A stretch of 62,187 nt of DNA, counting the filler, from Vannella sp. (lineage: Eukaryota), in NCBI GenBank assembly GCA_023345925.1. It is 8 parts of 8 records of this genome, joined end to end, with 100 filler letters (N's around TTAATTAATTAA, not from the genome) between each part and the next. Parts side by side here need not be neighbours in the genome. Positions count along the whole stretch, not along the records: positions 9,347 to 15,209 come from JAJQQN010001241.1; positions 15,310 to 23,532 come from JAJQQN010000636.1; 6 more parts are not named here. One strand, given 5' to 3'. Below are positions 10,360 through 21,694 of the stretch, one piece after another (positions within the stretch are counted from its first letter, which is position 1; every line of letters starts with the position of its first letter). The translations under genes and the position numbers were made by a program. The notes below the pieces were generated by a model. The model searched no databases. It was not told the DNA's origin and was given only the letters and a program-made list of their open reading frames with translations.

Positions 10360-12407
10360 ATGAGTCATTGGGAAGGAAAGTCTTATCGAGGTCGTGGTGG
10401 CGGTGGGAACCGGGGACGAGGACGAGGAGGTTGGAACAGCAACTCTTCCTCTGGAGGCTCCTCTGTCTGGGGATCCGGCTCCAAACGAGGAGATGCGTGC
10501 GCAACTGCATTGGGAGAACAGCTTTTGCAACTCTCAGACAAGCCTTACGGCGCCTACAAGTCTTTGCAAGGTAAAGTGCTCCTCCTTTCCCTCTTCCTGC
10601 GATCTCACAGCCTCCAAAGACGCCTCGTGGGACATGAGTGAGGGAGCTCTTACCTTTGAAAAGGTCCAGTCTGATCCGTTCGCCTCACCCTCTCTCGTAT
10701 CATTCCGAGTGAGCCAAAACGTTGCGGGCTTCCCCGAGTGGTGCTTCTCCAGTGTTCCGCGTCAAGTAGCCACGGAGGACTTCCTCTGTCGTATCTTCTA
10801 TCAGTTTGTCAAGTCAGAAGGGGCTGTACACATCCAGAGACCTTCCCAGATCATCATTCAACGCAATTCAGTCCTTTTGGACGCGAAAGAGCTGCAAGTG
10901 CGCTTCTCTGTGCAGCTCCCAGCAAGCAATGGGCGAAGAATCTATGGAGAGCAAGCTAAAACCACTATGGAGGGTGCAGTACTCGCAGCCTTGAAGGCAA
11001 TGCGCTTCGCCAATGTCGACCAAAGTGCCTTGAAACGGCACATTGAAGGCTTTCTTGATCAGATCCAGTTAAGAAGCCTCATGGAACAAGAAGGAATAGT
11101 CTCCTTTGTAGCAAATGGATCCATTCTCCCACGCGCTGGGGGAGATACTGACCAACCTCTATCTGGAGTAAAGGCGGTTCCCTTCGAAAGCCCCCCAAGT
11201 CTCCTTGTAAGACCGCCTAGTTGTCGAATCCATTGCCAAGTTACTGACTAGAAGCATCCAGAGGACGTTCCAATTGGAATACCAAGGCAGAGTCAGTGGA
11301 ATGGCGATTGGAAAGGGAATCAGCATTATTGTGGGAGGCGGGTTTCATGGCAAGTCCACGCTAATGAACGCCATCCAACGAGGAGTTTATAACCATGTTC
11401 CAATGGATGGACGAGAGCTGGTGTTGACGGACCCTTCAGCTGTGTCGATTCAAGCAGAAGATGGCCGGAACGTTGAAAAAGTGGACATTTCTGCTTTCAT
11501 TAACAACATTCCAGGGGGCCTTGATACCACTGCATTCTCTAGTACGCTTGCTAGTGGTTCTACGTCCCAAGCAACGAACATAATGGAGTATCTGGAAGTG
11601 GGGAGCAAAGTTCTTCTTATTGATGAGGACCGCACCGCCACCAACTTTATGTGCAGAGACCGATTCATGTCAGAACTCATTTCGGCAGATAAGGAGCCCA
11701 TCTTTCCATTCATTAGCAAGGTCCAAGCCCTCTATTCGCATCTTGGAGTTTCCAGTATTCTGGTTATTGGAGGTCTTGGTGAGTACTTTGCGGTGGCTGA
11801 CCGAGTCGTCATGATGGATAACTATCTTTGCAAGTACGTAGCCTCCCTTAGCCCATGAAGAGAACTGAACAAGGACCCAGAGACGTCACCGAGCAGGCGA
11901 AGGCAATCATTGCCAAGGACCAGGGTAGTCGACTAGAGCTCTTCCGTAAGTCTCATTGCCTCTCCAGAAACTCACAAGTGCCTATCTAACACCTTAAAAG
12001 CTGACTTTGGTACCATAACGCACCGACAAGTGACTCCTTCCACTTGGAGCCAAATTAGTGAGATGAAGGTCAAAGCGAATGGAACTCGCAACATTACTGT
12101 TGGAAGAGAGTCAGAAATCGATCTGACTCATGTCCACTTCCAAGAGGAGGGCCAGCTTCGATTAATCGCCTTCCTTCTTCAGCACATGGCAAAGAACTAT
12201 CGCAAGAACAATCCCACTCTCAGTGACTTGGTCGAATCCTACAATAACCTCATCCAAACTCACCGCTCATTCGATTACTTTACTCCCTTCAAGACTGGCT
12301 CTCTCACAGCCGTCCGCCCGTTTGAACTGGCCGCCGTCCTCAACCGGTATCGAGCCCTTCAAATAGCCCAGAATCCTGTCCTACCCGCCTCTAGCACTCG
12401 GCCTTAA
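10360..12407 (+). CDS. Predicted ATPase of the ABC class (PF09818 / MRB1590-like) with N-terminal RGG extension, 5 exons
   Basis: YGAYKSL, VQSDPFASPS, FVANGSILPR, Walker A GGGFHGKST, ASGSTSQA, Walker B LLIDED, and C-terminal RPFELAAVLNRYR. Introns at 10571-10610, 11207-11261, 11834-11880 and 11946-12000 all restore the frame. Confidence 0.9.
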
Positions 12408-12469
12408 TAATTTCAATTGATTGTCATTCATTAGGGTCCTTTTTGGATCATTTTGTGCCACGTGGGAGG

Positions 12470-13180
12470 ATGGTGCGGAGGGGAAGGCGGCTGGTTTGGT
12501 GTTTGTGACTGACTGGGGGCTTAGTCGCTGTACACAGTGAAGGCTCAGTTCGTAGTCACTGCTAGTGAACGTATTGCTGCCAAGTACTACTCTCCACAGT
12601 GGCCTGCGCTTGAGGAGCAGCGCAAGTTTGAGAACAAAATCATTGCGCAGCGTTCTCTCAACACAAGTAGGTCTCCTGGGGCTTGCTATCACATCAGTGG
12701 TTGCTTATCGTGATGGGAGATGATGCAGTGATCATTGATGACGTCCTGGTTGTCTACAAAGTCAGCGCTGGCACTTTCTTCTGTGTTGTTGGCGACCTGG
12801 AAGAGAACCCCTACATCCTCGTACGTAGCCATCCTCTAACCATATGTAAGAGGTCTCAATGTGTTCCTATGGCAGTCTAGCGCTTTGGATTGCCTATTCC
12901 AAGCCATTTCCACTCTCTTGAGGGGTCAAGTGGATCGGAGAACTCTCCTTGAGAACCTGGACTACGTTGTCCTCGTCATGGACGAGGTGATCGACAAGGG
13001 GTTCGTTTGTCTTACTCTTGAGCACATCAGACTGACCATGGGGCCAGTGTCCTCCTCGAGAACGACCCCGAGGCAATCGTCGATCGGGTCAGCGCCGAAG
13101 CAGAGGTTCCTATTGCCGAGCAAACCTTCGCACAAGCCTTCCAAAGTGCTAGGAACACACTGGATAGCCTTCTGAAGTAG
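12470..13180 (+). CDS. COPZ1: Coatomer subunit zeta
   Basis: Spliced M|SLYTVKAQFVV...RIAAKYY...EQRKFE, EENPYIL, LLENLDYVVLVMDEVIDKG, PIAEQTFAQAFQSAR. The first coding exon is only the ATG (intron 12473-12524). Confidence 0.92.
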
Positions 13181-13230
13181 ATTCGATCCCGCCACACCAT
13201 AAACCAGCGGAATCCGCACAGAATTCTGCT

Positions 13231-14381
13231 TTATTGCTTCAAATGACCTCGCAAAGGTGATTTGGCATTTGCTTTGGTTAAGCACTCCATCAAGAGATCC
13301 CAGAAAGCAGGGAGCTCCATTTCCAAGCACAAATGGACATTCTTTGGTCGTCCAGTCGTCCCAAATTGGTCACAAACCGTGGCTCCATCGCAAAGGGAGG
13401 AACTGGACTCCACTTCCACGTTCATCAAGCGAGTGGTGAAGATCTCCGGCCGTAAGAGATAGGCAATGGTGAGGGGATCATGCAAAGGAGGGTGAGCAAA
13501 TCCAAAGACCTTCTTCTCTGTTAGGCCAATCCCAAAGATAGAGCGGGGCCCTTACAGAGAGATAGGTTTCTTCAAAGAAACAAAGGAGATCCACCACCAG
13601 CTCGGAAAAGGGAGAATTCAGTTTCCGGATCCGCCCGATGAATTCCGGACTGACAAGAGCTGTGTGCGTTACGTTCAGGGGGACCATTACCAGGCGCACA
13701 CCACTAGCCAAGACAGTTTTAGCAGCCTCTGGATCGATTTCGATGTTCCACTCTGCCATGGGACTGGTGTTGCCGACTCCCATTGACCCTCCCATAAACA
13801 CTATTTGCTCTAAATGCTCTTTGACCTCTGGATAGACCGAGAGTAGGAGAGCTGCATTGGTCATAGCCCCAGTTAATACCAAAGTCACTTTCCCTGGCCG
13901 ATTGAGGATCACAGAAGCCATCAAGTTCACGGCTTTCTCGCTTGAAAGGATTCCATTGGTGGACCCGTACTTCAGCAACTCCTCTGGCGACGGAAACAGA
14001 GCTGCAAGATCAGGAGACTTAGTGCCCAATCCATCTTGTCCGTGAATCTCGGGACAAACGCGCTCAGGCCGGCAAAGTGCCTTGGACGCTCCTGCCACAA
14101 CGGGGATGCTCTGGAGGGGATGAACGTGAGGTTCTGATGGAGAGCACTCTTCTACTAACAAAGGGCAATCCTGCAATGTAGTGTATCTTCAGCGCGTTGA
14201 GGGTTGTAAGATGAACAGTCTGATTGCCGAAAACCGTACTGATTCCCAGCAGTGACAAGCCCTGTCCATAACAGGCCATGATCATTGCCATCGCATCATC
14301 GTGCCCTGAGAGCGCCAATCAGCACAGCGGAAATGAAGCTGGAGACGAACCAGGATCGCAGTCAAGCCACACCTCCACCAT
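13231..14381 (-). CDS. Inosine/uridine-preferring nucleoside hydrolase
   Basis: Spliced VWLDCDPG|HDDA motif, IHGQDGL, GNTSPMAEWNIEIDPEAA and PPLHDP. Confidence 0.93.
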
Positions 14382-14468
14382 CCCAGAGAGAAAGAATGGA
14401 AGAGTTTCAACTAGTGACCAATGTATCGCTAGACTCGAATTTTCCTCATCCCAAAATTTTCGTTTCTG

Positions 14469-14540
14469 GCCGGTGTAGCTCAATGGAAGAGCATTAGCCT
14501 TCTAAGCTAAGGGTTGCGGGTTCGATCCCCGCCATCGGCT
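14469..14540 (+). tRNA. tRNA-Arg (anticodon TCT), intronless
   Basis: Acceptor GCCGGTG/CATCGGC, D-arm GCTC/GAGC, anticodon arm TTAGC-CTTCTAA-GCTAA, T-arm GCGGG-TTCGATC-CCCGC, followed by T-runs (Pol III terminator). Confidence 0.95.
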
Positions 14541-14547
14541 CTTTTCT

Positions 14548-15130
14548 TTGTTTTGTGGAAGCCTCCCAGATAGGAATCTGTGTCAAGACAAGCCTCCGGA
14601 AGCCCTAGAACGCAACGGAGGCGTGATTGTTGTGGTGAAACGGGAAGGTAAACTGAGGCGGAAGAATAGCCTGGAAGACTTTGAAAAAAACGTTCGAAAG
14701 GAACTCAACTTCGTTCCTGTGGTGTTTGCCAGTGCCATGAATAAGGAGAACCTCGAGCATGTGACATCGAGGCATATGTATACATTGGTTGGCCAGCAAC
14801 GTAGACAACGAATACCTTCGCGAAAACTGATAGACATTGTGAAGAATAAGGATCACCGGGTAGGTCAACTATGAGTGTTATCTCGCCACTCAGCTTATCT
14901 ATTGAAAGGGTCCTGGGTCAAAGAAGAGACACATGAAGATTAAGTTCATCAGTCAAGCTCGAATTCAGTCTCCTACCTTTGCCGTGTTTGCCTCTAATGT
15001 CGACCTTTGTACTGAATCGTACAGGAGGTACGTTGAGAACTGCATCCCCGAACGCTTTCCCTTCACCGGCACCCCCATTCGTCATCCTGATTGTTACCGA
15101 TCCTCCCACCATAACTCCCGTTCACACTGG
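14548..15130 (+). pseudogene. 5'-truncated fragment of Der/EngA GTPase (end of GD2 plus KH-like domain)
   Basis: LNFVPVVFASA, KIKFISQARIQSPTFAVF and YRRYVENCIPERFPFTGTPIR. No room for the G-domains between the tRNA and the fragment; the G4 region appears degenerate (VVVKREG). One intron near 14860-14908. Confidence 0.7.
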
Positions 15131-15209
15131 GCAAAGGTGACGATGAAGGTGCAAATTTTCGTGCTTTTTACTGGTCTGTTTCACGTCTCGCTGGAGGTGA
15201 TGATGCTCA

Positions 15210-15309
15210 NNNNNNNNNNNNNNNNNNNNNNNNNNNNNNNNNNNNNNNNNNNNTTAATTAATTAANNNNNNNNNNNNNNNNNNNNNNNNNNNNNNNNNNN
15301 NNNNNNNNN
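15210..15309. other. Artificial contig linker
   Basis: N44-TTAATTAATTAA-N44. Confidence 0.99.
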
Positions 15310-15893
15310 CGTGTCCCACAGCAGGTCTAACGTGGACAAGAGAATAGAGTAAGCCAAGGCGCGGGAGGTATGTTTGTTGCTGTAGTTCAAGGAGCGGTTC
15401 AGCAAAGGTTCTGTAATGATGGAGATAAGCTTCTGTGTCTCTGACAACACCCTCAAGCCCAACACGTACCCAAATCATTGAGGTAATGAGGCTGCACTTT
15501 CAAGCATCGGTTGACAAAGCTTTGGAGGAGGTTGAGAAGCGCGACAAAGTCAGACATGTAGTGTTTGCCTAGAGCGAAGACGCCTTCAGTGAGAGAGCGC
15601 CCGATGAGGGCGTGGAGGAGGCAGGCTAACCTTTTCGGACTGGTTTGGGGGCGCTTTCGCACTCCGCGAAGCGTTCAGTGATGAGCGCAAAGATTTGCTC
15701 GTGGTTCTCGTCAAAGCAGGGCTGAACCTCCTCCCCTCCAGCACCTGACAAGCCCATAAGGAGTCCGCACGCCCGTTGACCAGCCAATCCACCTACTCTC
15801 GAACGCCAACAAGTTGCGCACTCGCTTCACCCCAGAGACCTTCTCAGTGAAGAGCTTCTTCGCCTTGCGGTTGCCCTTCGTCAGGGCCGACAT
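15310..15893 (-). CDS. N-terminal part of a probable RalGAP-alpha/Rap-GAP-like protein, cut by contig end
   Basis: Spliced MSALTKGNRKAKKLFTEKVSGVKRVRNLL...FDENHEQIFALITERF...LLNRSLNYSNKHTSRALAYSILL resembles the RALGAPA N-terminal pattern as recalled. The GAP domain is not in the window. Confidence 0.45.
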
Positions 15894-16002
15894 TGGCGGG
15901 CCACCAAAAAGTGACGTTTAAATTCGCCCCTTTCCCTCCTGTAATTTTTGCCCTTGAATTTAAGCTGGTTTGACGTTTTTGGATCATTATTTCTCATTGG
16001 CC

Positions 16003-16269
16003 ATGACACGTGGGTGATGTGGGCTTGTGGTGTTGGTCTCGTCTTAACTGGAGAGTAGGAGGAGATCAACGTGAGAGAGATAGGAAGAAGGCGGAGAAGA
16101 GGAAGGCTGCTAATGCACCAAAGAAGGGCAATGATGAGGGCCTTTCTCCAGCACAACGGAAGGAGAGGTAAGCTAGACGAGGTGTCTGAGAACAACCGCA
16201 TTGATCTCTCCTGTCAGAGATGCTCAGGTGATGCGCGAGAAGCAAGCAAAGAAGGAGCAGCCAAGCTAA
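16003..16269 (+). CDS. SERF: Small EDRK-rich factor (4F5/SERF family), 55 aa, absent from the ORF track
   Basis: Splicing 16010-16058 and 16168-16217 gives MTRGDQRERDRKKAEKRKAANAPKKGNDEGLSPAQRKERDAQVMREKQAKKEQPS. Confidence 0.92.
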
Positions 16270-16335
16270 CCCGTTCAGACCTGTTCAGTCCCGTTCCTCG
16301 ATAAAATGAACCAGAAAGGAGCTGTTTACTTCCTC

Positions 16336-17594
16336 TCATCCCAGGCATTCCATCTTGGCCTTCCTTAGGTGGAAGACTTTGCGAGCTTCCACATACGCGT
16401 CGATGAACTGGTCTACGGACAGGTTCCCAGAGCTGAAAGACTCGATGACAGACTCGCTTTCCTCTTCCGCTTGATTCACAGCTTGAGACAACCGCTCACG
16501 TTGGACACTTGGAGTGTATTGCTGCACAAGAACAAGGTCAGATGGTCCTCCCGAGTCCAAGGAGACGCACCTTCATGATATCGGCCTGTTTGAGAGAGAG
16601 TTGCTCGTATTCCCTTCGTAGTGTGGCCAACTCAGCGGAAACCTCTTCCAGGCGAGCCCTCTCTCGGCGGAGAGCCTCTCCTTTCTCCAGGTTCCTTTCT
16701 GCATTCATGGTGAGCTCTTGAGAGCGGCAGCTATCACAACTCACGTGCACTCTCTTGATTCCTCCTTCGGCTCTCCTCTCGGGCGGCATCCAACGCGCGA
16801 GCGCATTGTGTCTCCAGAAAGAAGTCATTGAAAGCCTCTTGGTTGTCCAGCAGCTGCTGCAATCGATGCACACTACACGGAGAGTGAGGGTTTAGCCAAG
16901 AGTACTTGCAGTGGTCTCTCTCACCTGAGACCATGCACCTCTGGGAACGCTATCTGACTGCTTCCCGGTGAGTTCCCTGGGGAACTACTTCCTGTGGCTG
17001 TCCTCGCGGACTCATACGAGCCGTAGCTATCAGCGGATCGCGCGTCGATGCTTGCACCTCCGTAGCCTGGAAGGAGGGGAGCAGGAGCCGCTGCGAAATA
17101 AGATGGAGGACTTTGTACTTGGCTTGCCGCCTTAATCTCCCCGTGCATGACCTGTGCTACGCTCAAAACGACCCGACTCAGGTCACTTTTTGAGTCCCAC
17201 GCCCTCTAGGCTTGGTCAGCTGTGAGCGTAAGCTTCCCACTACTGCCGTACCAGATCCTCGTGGACAGAAGGCTCCACGCGGCCGATACCATTGATGAAG
17301 CGCGAGCGTAGAGTGGGTGGGAGCACTTGTAATGAAGGAGCCTCTGAAGGGAAGCGAGCTGGCAATGCTCTACTCATGTCAGCCTTCCACGTAGGCACTG
17401 GAAAGCACTCTCACATGCGCATGACATAGGTCGTGCTCAGCTGCAGCTCGTACTCGCTCCCTCGCACCTTCTCTATGACAGGGCATGTCTTTGTTAACGC
17501 AGCTATCTGCTTTTCCTTCCTAGGTCCCTGTCAGGAGCAGAAAACACCCCAGAGAAGGACGAGAGTCTTACGAAGACTGCGCGAAGCCCCACAT
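16336..17594 (-). CDS. VPS37: ESCRT-I subunit VPS37 (N-terminal UEV-like region plus Mod(r) domain), multi-exon
   Basis: C-terminal AEEESESVIESFSSGNLSVDQFIDAYVEARKVFHLRKAK; coiled coil; N-terminal LPARFPSEAP...WDSKSDL UEV-like segment. Confidence 0.82.
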
Positions 17595-17639
17595 GGACCA
17601 GACGGATGCTCCTTTGGGGAAATGAGGCGGTTTTGGGGT

Positions 17640-18452
17640 TTATTTCTTGAAGAGGGACATGTTAAACATGATAGAGTAGCGAATGAAGGACATATTCCAT
17701 GTCAGCTTGTAAGGAGGGAAAGAGAGTCCCGCTTGGTCATGCAATGTCTTCACTTGAAGAGGGTATCCGAGTAGCTTGATGGAGAAGAGAGTGAACTCAG
17801 CTAAGAACCACTTCCATTCGGGGGTGTGCGGCTCGGTCTTCTCTTGTCTCTCCTTCAAAATGCGGTAAGATATGTACTCAGAGGCGCTTGTGCAGCTTTG
17901 ATAGAGGATGGTCCATGCCATATGGTAGGAGAGGCCTTTGTAGAGTCCCGCAAAGCTATCAAGGTTGGAGAAAAGCGCGGGGATCTCTCTGATTGTCACT
18001 CCCTGGTTCACATAACGCACCAGGACTGTTGTCAGAGGGTAGAAGATGAGACGTGCTGTAACTACAGAGAGAGTCTGGGAAAGGAGAAGAGGGAAAGAAG
18101 GCACAGGGCGCTCCACCTTCTCAAGAACTTCGAGACCATACAAAGGGGACCCTGGTTCAGGGGAGAGCTCCAATTGAATCATCTCGTGAGACACACCAAT
18201 GGCATGGTGTATCTCATACGCCAAAAACTTCTCCGCCTTGCGAATCAACAAGCCCAACAACAACGATCGAAGGTCATGGACGATCCGTTCTCGTGTGAAC
18301 TCGGCGAACAGACGACGAGGCCCGGCAAAGAAGTAAGCCCACGAGAACTCAAAAGGATCCATCGATTCTGGGCTCAGCAGCCACTTCAAGTGCACCACAT
18401 CCGAAGGAAAGAATGCAAAGGTGGGAAACCGCTCCGACCCCACCAAGAACAT
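17640..18452 (-). CDS. Divergent mitochondrial-carrier-fold protein (MTCH/SLC25A46-like)
   Basis: Degenerate carrier motifs FYPLTTVLVRY, GLYKGL and GYPLQVK lacking the acidic salt-bridge residue; start uncertain (18452 or 18362). Confidence 0.55.
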   Translation of the reverse strand: MFLVGSERFPTFAFFPSDVVHLKWLLSPESMDPFEFSWAYFFAGPRRLFAEFTRERIVHDLRSLLLGLLIRKAEKFLAYEIHHAIGVSHEMIQLELSPEPGSPLYGLEVLEKVERPVPSFPLLLSQTLSVVTARLIFYPLTTVLVRYVNQGVTIREIPALFSNLDSFAGLYKGLSYHMAWTILYQSCTSASEYISYRILKERQEKTEPHTPEWKWFLAEFTLFSIKLLGYPLQVKTLHDQAGLSFPPYKLTWNMSFIRYSIMFNMSLFKK

Positions 18453-18559
18453 GTTGCCACAATAAAATGACACTTTTCTAAGCAGATCCCACTCGAATAG
18501 AAGGATTCTAGTGGGAGGGGATAAGTTTGGGCGAAACACTTTCCTTTGGCCGAGAGGAC

Positions 18560-21500
18560 ATGACCGAGGGGGGCTACCAGGTGGTCCACTCGCCTATGGA
18601 GACCCAATTTGATGTGGCTTTGTTTGATACCAAAGCCCTCTTCACCCCTTTCAATGATTCCACCACCAAGTTGAACAGACAGGGGGGACTTGCTGCTTTG
18701 GCAGATGCGTTGAAAACCGACCTTCAGGACGGTCTTCCGGACTCAGAACAGGGTTCAAAATACTCTTCTCGCAAAAAGGAGTACGTTTCTATGTCTCTGC
18801 TCGCCAGGAAGGTGACTAATGGGCTTCTTCAGGTTTGGCGTGAACGCCCTTCCAGACCCTGACCCTCCAAGCTTCTTGGCATTGTGGTGGGATGCTTACA
18901 AGGACGAGATGTTAATTATTCTCACCGTAGCTGCCATCGTATCCCTTGTCCTTGGCATCTTCTTCCCTCCCCCTAACGAGGACGGTTCTTCCAGCGGCCC
19001 TTCTGTCGAAGGAGGTATCGAGGGAGCTGCCATCTTGTTGGCTGTACTCGTTGTTACAACTGTGGGTGCTTCCACTAACTACTCTCAAGAGAAACAGTTC
19101 CAAATGACGAACAAGCAAAACGACGACGTAACCATCAAAGTACGTCGTGGAGGCAAGAACACTCAGTGCAAGATCGGAGAGCTGGTCGTTGGAGACATTG
19201 TTCTTCTTGGATCTGGTGACAAGGTCCCAGCAGACGGTTACATTACCGAATCGCACAACCTTTCCATTGACGAGACCATTCTGACAGGCGAGACCCAGGC
19301 TATCCGCAAGACACCCGAGAACAACTACATCCTTCGCGGTACGGACGTCCAAGATGGCAACTGCAGCTTTATGGTTGTCAACGTTGGTGTGCACACCGAA
19401 TGGGGCAGCAACTTCACCGAGTCTGAGTTTGAGGACACTCCGCTTCAAGCTAAGCTCGGTATTGTGGCTCGTTACATTGGTTTCCTCGGCTTGGGTGTGG
19501 CAGCCGTTGTGTTCGTGGTTCTTTGCATTTACTGGCTCGTTAGAGTGATCAAAGCTGACGGCTGGGAATGGCAGAGTCTCACAGAGATCCTCCAGTTCTT
19601 CATTACTGCAGTTACTATTGTCGTTGTGGCTGTTCCTGAGGGACTCCCTCTGGCTGTGACGGTTGCTCTTGCGTTCTCGATGAAGAAGATGATGAAGGAC
19701 AACAACTTTGTGCGCCACTTGGCTGCATGTGAGACTATGGGAGGCGCCACTCAGATCTGCTCTGATAAGACTGGAACCCTCACCCTTGGTCAGATGAACG
19801 TGACCCAAGGTTATGTGGCTGGCAAGGAATTCAGCGACCCTGAACTCCGGGACCTTAGCGATGAAGTCCACCATCTTCTCACTGAGGGTATTGCTCTCAA
19901 CTCTACTGCTTACATTGAAATGCCCACCTCTTCCGCTGAGAAGATCAAGTACGTCGGTTCGCCCACTGAGTGCGCCCTGCTTATCTGGATCAACAAACTT
20001 AACGTCAACTACGATGAACTCCGAAGGAGCGCCCCCAAGGTCGTTCAACAGTTCCCTTTCTCCAGCTCCCGAAAGCGAATGAGCGCTGTCATTCCCCTTC
20101 AAAGCGGTGGCTTCCGCATGTACACCAAAGGAGCCTCCGAGATCATCCTCCGTCGCTGCAGCAACTTCATCCGCGAGGATGGATCTGTTGCGGGCTTTGA
20201 TGAGAGCACCAAGGAAGAGTACATTCAAATGATCGAGCGAATGGCTTCTAACGGTCTCCGTACCCTTTGCATGGCCTACCGAGACTTTGAAGTGTTTGAT
20301 GTGAACAATGATTATGACCACGCAGAAGATGAGCCCCCAGAGATGAAGCTAACCCTCATTTCCTTGGTCGGTATCGCTGACCCTGTTCGACCTGAAGTGC
20401 CTAAGTCCGTGGCAACTTGCCAGAAGGCTGGAATTACCGTTCGTATGGTTACTGGAGACAACTTGCTCACTGCCAAGTACATTGCTAAGCAGTGCGGCAT
20501 TCTTTCTGAAGATGGAATTGCTCTAGAAGGACCAGACTTTGCTTCAAAGACAGACGCTGAGATTGACCGCCTTTTGCCTCGCCTCCAGGTATTAGCTCGT
20601 TCTGCTCCCACTGACAAGGAAAGACTCGTGAATCGCCTCAAGATCAACTCAGAGCTTGTGGCTGTGACTGGTGACGGAGCTAACGATGTCAAGGCTCTTA
20701 AGAAGGCGCATGTCGGTTTGGCAATGGGTGGTGGCTCTGATGTTGCCAAGCAGGCTTCTGATATCGTTATTTTGGACGACAACTTCACTTCTATCCTCAA
20801 GTCAGTGATGTGGGGACGTTGTGTGTTTGACAACATCCGCAAATTCCTTCAGTTCCAATTGACTGTCAATGTTGCCGCCCTTGCTGTAGCCGCATTCAGT
20901 GCCCTTGCGAACAAGGAGCCTCTGACGGCTGTGCAATTGTTGTGGGTGAACTTGATTATGGACAGCTTTGGAGCTCTTGCCTTGGCAACTGAGCCCCCTA
21001 CGGAGGCGCTACTTGACCGTGCGCCCAAAAACGTGGCCCACCCCAAGACTAGCTTGATCAGCCCTGAGATGTGGAAGATGATTCTGGGAGGAGCTCTCTA
21101 TCAGACCTTTGTTCTCTTGGGTGGTTTGTTCCTCCTTCCCCATCTCGATCTCAACCTGGGTGGGGTTGTTCCTGGTGCTGACAGAGACTACGATGAACGG
21201 GTAGTCAACACGATGATCTTCAACTCTTTCATTCTCTGCCAGCTCTTCAACCTGATTGCGTGCCGCAAAGTAAGTTCCTCCGCCCGTTCCCTCTGGTGCA
21301 GTCCCTTCCTGACTCCTCGCAGATCAACTCGGGAGAGTACAACATTCTTGCAGGACTTCACAGGAACCTTATCTTCCTCATCATCCTCATCGGAGAAGCA
21401 GCAGTTCAGGTCCTCTTGGTTGGTATCACATGGACAGGTCACATTGACAGCGATGGACAGCAAGAGCGCATCATCCCATACCTGGATTGGCTGGGTCTTA

Positions 21501-21679
21501 TCTTTGACACAGTGCCACTGAGCGGCTTTGGCTGGCTCTTCTGTGTGGCTGTGGCTGTCGTTGGCTTCATCTGGGGATTCTTCTTGCGCTTCATCCCCAT
21601 GCCCGCCGAGAAGACATACAAAGGAGACGTCGATGCCGAAGACGAAGACAGCGAAACGAGCTCCCTCCTCAAAGCCTAA
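18560..21679 (+). CDS. P2B-type Ca2+-transporting ATPase (PMCA/PMC1/PAT1-like), 3 exons
   Basis: TGET, VPEGLPLAVT, DKTGTLT, KGASE, MVTGDN, TGDGAND, LWVNLIMD; introns near 18781-18833 and 21270-21322; short C-tail. Confidence 0.96.
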
Positions 21680-21694
21680 TCAACCCCATCTTGA

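Noticed and set aside
18912..20321. 469-aa antisense ORF inside the Ca-ATPase, and similar ones inside NDH2, P450 and DDX6
   Set aside because: Shadow ORFs from codon bias on the opposite strand of well-conserved genes; no motifs.
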